This document shows, piece by piece, positions 54,856-64,000 of a stretch of 64,000 bases of DNA. The position numbers and the translations under genes are program-made. Each line of letters starts with the position of its first letter. Position 1 is the stretch's first letter. The notes under the pieces were generated by a model. That model was not told the origin of the DNA and did not search any database. It worked only from the letters and a program-made list of their open reading frames with translations. Source of the DNA: Diplonema japonicum (taxonomy: Eukaryota > Protista > Euglenozoa: Diplonemea); contig OZ025666.1 in assembly GCA_964019335.1 (NCBI GenBank), forward strand, positions 310,001 to 374,000, given 5' to 3'.

Positions 54856-54953
54856 GAAGAGAGACTTTTTTTTTTTTTTTTTTAATCATCATTCTTTTGT
54901 CCCCCCTCTATTCCACAAAATGAAGAAGAAAAAAAAAAAAAAAAAAAAAAGAA

Positions 54954-55790
54954 ATGCTGCGCAAACCAAGGGTGTATGGGGATATTGATGAAAGCCAAGA
55001 GGTGCACGATGAAATACGGGAGGTGGGCAAAGTGGTAAGAGACGGCATCGCAAGCAGGAAGCATGCCGGGTTCAGTGGGGAGCAAGGCGTGCTCGACGGC
55101 CTGCGGCAACATGGAGCCGCACCAGGCGGGCAGAAAATGATGAACGCAGAAATGAAAGCCGCTCTGTGGTCCATCCAAGAAGGCACCTACGTGACATGGC
55201 GCCGCCCCGACTTACCTGCTAAAGACGACTGTTGCAGAGTGGGCCCGGACACATTGTGCTTCTGCGGCTGCCCTCTAAAGCACCACAACCTATCGAACAG
55301 AAAGGTGAACTGTACTTCGTGCAGATGCCCTTACTACCGGTACATCCCCTCAAGGCCAGAGGAAATCGGTTTCGGGCACCTCACAAGACGCAAGGAGTTT
55401 GACATAACTCAATGGTCTCCAAAATGTCGTTGCAAGCACGGGTCAAAAGAGCACCGCCCTAAATGCAAAGGTTGTGGATGTCCTTCTTATCAATCTGACT
55501 GGGCGTGCCTCGTTTGCGATGGGAAGTGGGAGGACCACGAAACGGTTTTTGAATCTGAAAGCGATCGCCGGCTTTCTGGGAGGACCGTTGGGGACCAATA
55601 TAAGCCCTTGGCGGGTGTCGGTGCAGAGTTTTCCAATATCGTTTTCGGGAAGAAGAATTCCCAGGGCGTACACGTTCTATCCCCACCGAAGACCCGCAAC
55701 CCCAAGCCATCTGTCTCATGCACCTCATGCGGCACCCGCTTCGCATCGCAGACTGCGAAATTCTGCTCCGAATGTGGTGTAAAAAGATGA
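54954..55790 (+). CDS. FAM221: FAM221-family Cys/His-rich protein with C-terminal zinc ribbon
   Basis: RVGP.T.CFCG, YIPSRPEE.G, KCRCKH, CLVCD.KWEDHETVFE.E..R. Confidence 0.75.
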   Translation: MLRKPRVYGDIDESQEVHDEIREVGKVVRDGIASRKHAGFSGEQGVLDGLRQHGAAPGGQKMMNAEMKAALWSIQEGTYVTWRRPDLPAKDDCCRVGPDTLCFCGCPLKHHNLSNRKVNCTSCRCPYYRYIPSRPEEIGFGHLTRRKEFDITQWSPKCRCKHGSKEHRPKCKGCGCPSYQSDWACLVCDGKWEDHETVFESESDRRLSGRTVGDQYKPLAGVGAEFSNIVFGKKNSQGVHVLSPPKTRNPKPSVSCTSCGTRFASQTAKFCSECGVKR

Positions 55791-55824
55791 GTCTTTTGTT
55801 AATTAAATCCACCCCCTCCTCCCC

Positions 55825-56120
55825 CAGGGCTATGCTGGCAAGGAAACGCGTTTCCAAGCATTTTTGTTTTAACAATATTATTGTCGAGACTAAAAACTAG
55901 TTGATGGCAGCGTAATGAGCTATTTTATTAGGTAAAATTCCGCTCGTGCGCACAAACAAATGGAGCGCCAAACTAGTTTTTTTTGAAAATAAGGAAACGG
56001 GAACGGAAACGGAAACGTTTCCTTACTTTGGGGCCGTTTCCTTAAGAAGGGTACGCGTTTCCTTAAGTATCTAAAAAATAAGGAAACGGAAACGTTTCCC
56101 CGTTTCTTGCCAGCATAGCC
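55825..56120. mobile_element. MITE 1 (hAT-like ends) with GGAAACG subterminal repeats
   Basis: TIR GGCTATGCTGGCAAG(G)AAACG / CGTTTCTTGCCAGCATAGCC; left end CAGGG. Confidence 0.75.
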
Positions 56121-56147
56121 GCCGCGCCCCCCCCCCCCCCCCCAGCC

Positions 56148-56808
56148 CTACGTTGTCGGCGTACGCGTACGCAGCAAAATCTGAAAAAGTGCGTACGGCT
56201 GTGCGTACGGCTCCTTACACTTACAGGTACAGGCTACGGGTCAAAGGGCTTACGTTGGACAAGAGGGGCAAATAAAAAAAAATGGGAGTGGGGTACAAAA
56301 ATGGATGGAAGAGAGGGTGGGCGGCAGGCTTCATGCAAACACTTTTACACCCGATTCGTCTCTATCTAGAGACGTTCTCTTCGTCATCAGGATCGGGCGC
56401 CCTGCAGGTCTTCCAACGCCAGTTCAGTTACACGCCAGTAGTCTCTCACAAACTGCGTGCAGGTGAAACTACGTTTGCTGAAGTAGAGTTTGACCTGAAT
56501 TATATCTCTGACAAGAGAATCAGCTTTGTCAAATCTCAATGGCCGATCTTTGGGCTTCCACCTTGAAAGGTGCCCCTTACCCGAGCTCCGTACACCGCAG
56601 GCCTGACCCTAAAGCCTAGTGCCAACAGGTCGCAAGAGAGGCCCTTGAGTATCCCACCACATGCCCAGTGACTATGGCCTTAGGCTTTTCCAAAATGAAT
56701 GCCGTACGCAAAAAATGCGTACGCGTACGCAGCAAAAATAAAAAAAGTGCGTACGGCGTACGTTCGAAATACGCGTACGTACGGCCGTACGCCGATAACG
56801 TAGCCCTA
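56148..56808. mobile_element. MITE 2 (hAT-like ends) with CGTACG subterminal repeats
   Basis: TIR CTACGTTGTCGGCGTAC / GTACGCCGATAACGTAG, right end CCCTA; internal duplicated GTACGCGTACGCAGCAAAA..AAAAAGTGCGTACGGC. Confidence 0.7.
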
Positions 56809-57100
56809 GCCAAGATACTTAAAAGGAATGAAAAAAAAAGAGAATAAAAGAGGTGTGAGCTTATACCCCGTGCTACTTATTCATCTTAAGTTAGCAAAAA
56901 GAAAAAGAAGAAGAAGAAGAAAAAAGAGAGAGAAACAAAAAAAAATAGCTCAATATTTATATTCTTTGGAGTTTTTGTTTCTTTCTTTCCTGCCGCCTCA
57001 CCCTTTTTCCTTTGTATTGCCCGTAAAACTCAAACCCCCCCCCCCCCCACTTTTTGTTCACAGGATTTTTCAGGTTTCCAAAAGAAATACAAAAAAGAAA

Positions 57101-60100
57101 ATGAACAACAGGCGAGTGATGCTGTGCATGCTGGTGGCTGTCCTGGCGCTCTCTGCACGGGCTGATGAGAAGAGGGGCACGATCGAGGGTCCCGTGATCG
57201 GGATCGACCTTGGGACGACCTACTCCGTGGTGGGTGTGTGGCAGAACGGGCAGGTGGAGATCGTCCCGAACGAGATGGGTAACCGTATCACCCCCTCCGT
57301 CGTCGCCTTCACTGAGACCGAGCGTCTCATCGGTGACGGTGCCAAGAACCAGATGTCCCAGAACCCCGACAACACCATCTACACCGTGAAGCGTCTTATC
57401 GGCCGACTGTTCTCTGACAAGGTATGTTTGGGAAATGAAAGTACAGGGAAGAAAGAGGGGGAAGGGGAAAGGGAGGGGGGTGGCATGTATTTTTTTTTGG
57501 CTTTGTTGATTGAAACCTGTGATGAGAACAACGACATCAACACTCTCGTTCTTCTGATTTTAGTTATGAAGACAGATGTTCCGTTCATGCTTCTGCAATG
57601 CTGAGGATATGCGACATAATCATTTTTTTCCAAATACCGGAAACACTCCACGGTTGCCCATCTTTTTCCCATGTGGACACAGAAAGACAGAAGCATCCCA
57701 TTCCTTCACGTTGTTTCCCAGTTAGTGAAAAGAAGCGGAAAGAGGGAGGCTGAGACACCCGCATTGGAGGGACAGCATTCTGCAAACCTTCACCATTACC
57801 CCCCAGGGTAGCTTTTTGAAGTGTGCTGGAGGGCAAGTTTGGAAGGTGAGAGTGGAAGAGAAGCAGCTGAGGTCTTTTGTGTGGTGGTGAGGAGGGGCAA
57901 GAAAACCGACATGATGACCACATCATATCCACTAAATTTTCTGATGAAGAGTCTTAAAATCTACAATGTCATAGTTACTCTGATCTCTTTCCGTCCTTTC
58001 CCTTTGCTCACTTTTTCACCCAGAAAAACAGAACAAGAATAACCCCCCCCCCCCCCCCCCCGCATTTAAGGCAAGGGAATGAAGCATTTAGTCTTGTTTA
58101 TCCCTAGTCATTGTGGGGCAGATCCGCAAGCACATCAAGACGGAAGATATAATACCGGAAACACTCCACGGTTGCCCTCTTCCCTTAAGTGGAGGTGATG
58201 ACCACCAGACCCCTGGTTAGATGTTTTCCCCATGTGGGCACAGAAAGACAGAAGCATCCCATTCCTTCACGTTGTTTCCCAGTTAGTGAAAAGAAGCGGA
58301 AAGAGGGAGGCTGAGACACCCGCATTGGTGTAGCTTGATAATTTTCCTTCGGAATGATGAGAAACAAAATTCATAGATCTCGTTCGTCTGAGCAGACTTC
58401 CATTTTTTTGGAGGGCTGCGTGTGACTGATAAGAATTTTCGGCCTTCAAGCTGACCTTATTTTTTGCTGCCCTTCTCACTCTGTTGGCAGCAGGCCTTCA
58501 CACCCTGTGATGAGAACAACGACATCAACACTCTCGTTCTTCTGATTTAGTTATGAAGACAGATGTTCCGTTCATGCTTCTGCAATGCTGAGGATATGCG
58601 ACATAAATAAAATAAGGTTCTTTTTCCAAATACCGGAAACACTCCACGGTTGCCCTCTTCCCTTAAGTGGAGGTGACGACCACCAGACCCCTGGTTAGAT
58701 GTTCTTGTTTTTCTGAGCATTGATGTGTGGTGCCCAGCTATTTCACCGGTCATTCCCTCTCTTACTAAGGCAGAGAAGTTGTGCAGTGAGGCCTATTCCC
58801 CAACATGTCGAGAAGCATCCTTTCCTTCACGTTGTTTCCCAGTTAGTGAAAAGAAGCGGAAAGAGGGAGGCTGAGATCTCAAGAAGGGGGGCATTCGTTG
58901 TACCACCCATCCACCCCCCGCATTTAAGGCAAGGGAATGAAGCATTTAGTCTTGTTTATCCCTAGTCATTGTGGGGCAGATCCGCAAGCACACCAAGACG
59001 GAAGATAGAAAACCCTTTTCACCTTCGCAGAAACCCAAAAGAAGGCTCGTCTGATGACAAACCATATTTCTATATTTCACCTCTGACGCTTTGAGGGGTC
59101 TGCCCGAAAGGGTGGGCTCAGTTTGAAAATACGAACTTTTCGTCACACTGACCATGCCATCTACCGTCGGGACCCACTCTTCCCTGTGATGATAATGCAC
59201 TCCGTTTATCTTTGTAGGTTGGGACAACTGAGCACCTCGTGTGTTGAGGATGCTGCATTAGGATTTGTTAATCTAGAATAGACTGAGAAGGAAGACTAAA
59301 AGAGAAAAGCAACGAACAAGGTGGTCACAGCTAGTGGCAGCCCCAGCGACCCTCCATGGATCTGACCACCCGTTCCGACTCACCCAGATAGAGCTACGCC
59401 TCATATTCTCTAAATATCTCCCATCAAAAGTAAAGTTTTCGAAGAAGTGGTTGTTCTTTCCTTTTTTAAATGATGAAAATATATTCTGTCAGTGCTGGCA
59501 CCAGAGCAGAGCTGCGGAGGGGTAGCACCCTTTGTGACCATGAGCACATTTTTTATTATCCGCTGCTGAAATGAAAAGAAAGCCTACCCCACGAATACCT
59601 GGCAACAACAACCACAACCCACCCCCCGCATTTAAGGCAAGGGAATGAAGCATTTAGTCTTGTTTATCCCTAGTCATTGTGGGGCAGATATGGCTTCAGG
59701 AGGGCAGCAGCACAGCCGTGTGATGACCAACACGAGGCATTTGTCTGAACACCTTTTGCGACGATTATAAAAACGTATTCTACCTTAACTTATCGCTGAC
59801 GTTTGTGTTGCTGTGCTTGGGCTGATTTCCCTTTTTTTTCCTCTCCTTTTTTTTTTTTTTATTTTGCACCTGTCCCACCGGGGTGCAATTCTGCTGGGCT
59901 GAACACCCCCATGTCCTTCATCAGCGGGAAACACCCCGCAGATCAGTACCTCTAGCACTCGAGGCTGTCCCCCCTTTGTCCAAGATGAAAGAAAAAGGAT
60001 CTTAGTTTTTTGCAATACCACCAGAAACACTCCACGGTTGCCCTCTTCCCTTAAGTGGAGGTGATGACCACCAGACCCCTGGTTAGAGTCTTTGAGAAGG

Positions 60101-62356
60101 TCGATGTGGCGTGCATCGTGCATCGTCCCTCGCTATGCCTGCTGAGCGGACATGCCCAGGAGAGTACGTAAGGGGCGAGAGATGTGTGTGTGTGTGGTCC
60201 CTGCCACCAGACCCCTGGTCAGAGGTGAATGAGATATCGACAAGAGTCATCAGGAACTTGTGGCATGATGACAAACCATGTTTAGTGTAGTGCGCATCTG
60301 ACACCCTCTCTTGCAGGTGGTGGTTGAGAATACATACATCGGTCTAGACTCGTTTATCAACTGACCTTCCCACCTGCTTTCTTCTTTTTTGGTTCCCAGA
60401 GAAGTTCCAACAAGCTTCAGAGTCTCCGCATGATGATCAGAGAATACAATCCAATGACTGCTGTTTCCATGAGAAGCCATCTTCGGTGACATAAATTGTT
60501 TCTTAAAAATTTCAAAAAACTGACAAAAACACCAGAACAAGAAAGAAACTTTGAAATTCTAGCCTCCCTCTCTCTCTCTCTCTCTCTCCTTCCCTTGTTT
60601 TTATTTACTTACTCACAAACACAAACCCCACAGACCGTGCAAAGCGACAAGAAGCTGCTGTCCTACAAGATTGTTCCAGGCTCAAACGGGCACCCGGATG
60701 TGAAGGTGCACTACAAGGGTGAGGACAGGCAGTACACTGCGGAAGAGGTCTCGTCGATGGTGTTGACGAAGATGAAGGGTATTGCCGAGGATTTCCTTGG
60801 GAAGGAGGTGAAGAACGCTGTGGTGACTGTGCCCGCCTACTTCAACGAGGCACAACGTCAGTCGACGAAGGACGCTGGTACGATCGCCGGTTTGAACGTG
60901 GTGCGCGTGATCAACGAGCCGACGGCTGCGGCCATTGCCTACGGGCTGGACAAGAGGGACGAGGGTGAGAAGAACATCCTCGTCTTCGACCTTGGTGGTG
61001 GTACCTTCGATGTGTCGCTCCTCCAGATCGACGACGGCTTCTTCGAGGTGATCGCCACCAATGGTGACACCCACTTGGGTGGTGAGGACTTCGACAACAG
61101 GATGGTATGGTAAAGAAGAAAGAAAAGGAGGAAAAAAAAAAAAAAAAAAAACCCACCAATCCACACCACAGGTGAAGCACTTCTTGAAGGTGATCCAGAA
61201 GAAGCACGGGAGGGACCTGTCGAAGAACCAGAGGGCCCTCGCCCGTTTGAGGAAGGCCTGTGAGTCGGCGAAGCGTCAGCTCTCCACGCAGCCCGAGGCC
61301 CGTGTTGAGGTGGACGGGTTGGACGAGGGTCTGGACTTCTCGGAGAAGCTGAACCGTGCGAAGTTCGAGGAGCTGAACATGGACCTGTTCAAGGGTACCC
61401 TGAACCCCGTGAAGGCTGTGCTGGCGGACGGGAAGCTGAAGAAGGAGGAGGTGGACGAGATCGTGCTCGTGGGGGGGTCCACCCGTATCCCGAAGATCCA
61501 GAACCTCATCAAGGACTTCTTCAACGGGAAGGAGCCCAACAAGGGGATCAACCCTGACGAGTCTGTTGCCTACGGTGCGACGGTGCAGGGGGCCGTGATG
61601 AGCGGGGAGGTGAACGAGATCCTCGTGGCGGACGTGGTGTCCCTGTCGCTGGGGATCGAGACCGCTGGGGGGGTGATGACGAAGCTCGTGGAGCGAAACA
61701 CGCGGATCCCGACGAAGAAGGCGCAGACCTTCTCGACGTACCAGGACAACCAGCCCGGTGTGAACATCCAGGTCTTCGAGGGGGAGCGTTCGATGACGAA
61801 GGACAACAGGCTTCTCGGGAAGTTCGAGCTGTCGGGGATCCCTCCCGCCCCCCGTGGTGTGCCGCAGATCGAGGTGTCGTTCGAGGTTGACGCGAACGGG
61901 ATCCTCACCGTGGGGGCGGAGGACAAGGCGAGCAACAACAAGGAGGCGATCACGATCGCGAACGACAAGGGAAGGCTCAGCGAGGAGGAGATCGCGAAGA
62001 TGGTTCGCGAGGCCGAGGAGTTCCAGGAGGAGGACAAGAAGCTGAAGGAGAGGGTGGAGGCGAAGAACACCCTTGAGTCGACCGCCTACAACCTGAAGAA
62101 CCAGGTGAACGACGACGAGAAGCTCGGCGGGAAGCTCGACGAGGACGACAAGACGGCGATCGAGGAGGCGGTGAAGGAGGCTCTGGGTTGGCTGGACGAG
62201 AACCCGTCGGCCGACAAGGAGGAGTACGACGAGCAGCTCCAGAGCCTCCAGAGCATCACCAACCCCATCGTCTCCAAGGTCTACCAGCAGGGCGCCACTG
62301 AGGGCGGTGCTGGCGGCAGTGAGGACCAGGACATGGGTGACTCTGACGAGCTCTGA
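57101..62356 (+). CDS. BiP: ER luminal Hsp70 (BiP/GRP78), copy 2. Exons 57101-57421, 60634-61104, 61172-62356
   Basis: Near-identical to copy 1; differences near the 3' end (ALGW vs ALDW, MGDSDEL vs MDDSDEL). Confidence 0.97.
57516..60525 (+). ncRNA. Intronic snoRNA cluster in BiP copy 2 intron 1
   Basis: Same module order as 30005-33017. Confidence 0.9.
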
Positions 62357-63041
62357 GCAGGTCGCGGTTCTTTTTTTTAAACGAAAAAGTAGGTGATGCT
62401 GAAAAACTCACCACAAAGAAAAAGTCCTCAAGGGGCTTTTTTGTCTTCTACTTTGAGTAACAATAACTATTCTTTAAAAGAAAATACCCCCATTTTTGTT
62501 TTCACCCTCTTCTCCTTTCTCTTTTCTTTTTCAAGTAGAGTCATCGCAAGTCACCCCAATGAGCACGCGCATCTCTCCGGATGGACAGATACACGCCCAT
62601 TGGACGGACGCATGTAGAGCAGAACTCTACATCGTCTTTGGATCTCTGATTTTACAAAGAAAAAGGCAAAGCAAAGAAAAAGAGGGAGTAAGAAAATAAT
62701 AGTCTTAAAATAAAAGGGGAGCGTTGGCATTGTGTGTGCTGGTTATTTCCTTCTCCAGGTTTCGACCCTTCACTTACCATCAGATATGTTGCTACTTCTT
62801 TCCTCTCTTCAGTTTTACCGTTTCTCTTCTATCTTGAAATTTTTGAAATTGTTATTCTTGCATAGTTTTTTAATGCTCACTTATTTCTTGTTTTTTGGGG
62901 GTTTCCAACCTCCCTGTGTATGTGTAGTTCCTGGTTGTGGTTTGGGGAGACACAAGCGAATGGGAAACCGCCACTGAAATCGAAACTGGCAGTGTCGCTG
63001 TGGGCTGCGGGGATGGAGGATCTGAAAATACATATCCATAT

Positions 63042-63880
63042 ACCAGAAACACTCCACGGTTGCCCTCTTCCCTTAGTGGAGGTGATGACCACCAGACCCC
63101 TGGTTAGATGTTTTCCCCATGTGGGCACAGAAAGAGAGAAGCATCCCATTCCTTCACGTTGTTTCCCAGTTAGTGAAAAGAAGCGGAAAGAGGGAGGCTG
63201 AGACACCCGCATTGGTGTAACTTCAAAAACTTTCCTTCGGAATGATGAGAAACAAAATTCATAGATCTCGTTCGTCTGAGCAGACTTCCATTTTTTTGGA
63301 GGGCTGCGTGTGACTGATAAGAATTTTCGGCCTTCAAGCTGACCTTATTTTTTGCTGCCCCTCTCACTCTGTTGGCAGCAGGCCTTCACACCCTGTGATG
63401 AGAACAACGACATCAACACTCTCGTTCTTCTGATTTTAGTTATGAAGACAGATGTTCCGTTCATGCTTCTGCAATGCTGAGGATATGCGACATAAATAAA
63501 ATAAAGTTCTTTTTCCAAATACCAGAAACACTCCACGGTTGCCCTCTTCCCTTAAGTGGAGGTGACGACCACCAGACCCCTGGTTAGATGTTCCTGTTTT
63601 TCTGAGCATTGATGTGTGGTGCCCAGCTATTTCACCGTTCATTCCCTCTCTTGCTAAGGCAGAGAAATTGTGCAGTGAGGCCTATTCCCCAACATGTCGT
63701 TTATCAACTGACCTTTCCAGGAGTTTCCCGCCTGCTTTTTTCTTTTTCAAGCTGTGTCCTAAGCCCCCATACTTCCACCGCTCCGCATGATGATCAGAGA
63801 ATACAATCCAATGACTGCTGTTTCCATGAGAAGCCATCTTCGGTGACATAAATTGTTTCTTAAAATTTCAAAACTGACAA
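63042..63880 (+). ncRNA. Reshuffled snoRNA sub-cluster downstream of BiP2
   Basis: Modules near 63042, 63140, 63239, 63392, 63521, 63611 (truncated) and 63785. Confidence 0.8.
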
Positions 63881-64000
63881 ACTGTGGTTTTCCGTGTTTT
63901 CTTCAAAGAGTCTTCAGCTGAAGTCATTATTTTCTTTTGCACTCCCATTCTCATTCGTTTCAAAGGCCCTGTCCTGTGTTAGATTACAGCTGCTTTGTCT

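Overview
Eukaryotic nuclear DNA, inferred to be euglenozoan and probably diplonemid-like. Evidence for this: all ~23 credible protein genes lie on the + strand, there are many tiny GTATGN...AG introns, BILBO1 homologues are present, and there are single-hairpin AGA-box RNAs. Genes: a pseudokinase/TK-like kinase/ADP-ribosyltransferase/LRR/ankyrin multidomain protein, ankyrin proteins, an EF-hand protein, an ERGIC-thioredoxin (PDI-C-like) protein, mitochondrial uS15, an ARM protein, TPGS2, a secreted 3-repeat PKD-like protein, a PLP aminotransferase, a CBS-like enzyme with an N-terminal docking-like helix, a MYND protein, two near-identical BiP genes, PCH2/TRIP13, three tandem BILBO1 paralogues, VPS2 and FAM221. 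The main non-coding signal is a dense array of about 15 different box C/D and AGA-box snoRNA-like modules with recognisable rRNA antisense guides. It fills the 3.2-kb first intron of both BiP copies, recurs as a free-standing 4-kb copy, and appears as reshuffled subsets downstream of each BiP; individual modules occur up to ~15 times. Also present: a separate trio of AGA-box hairpins, three MITE-like elements and a decayed LINE-endonuclease-like fragment. rRNA target assignments rely on recalled consensus rRNA sequence and must be checked against this organism's rRNA.
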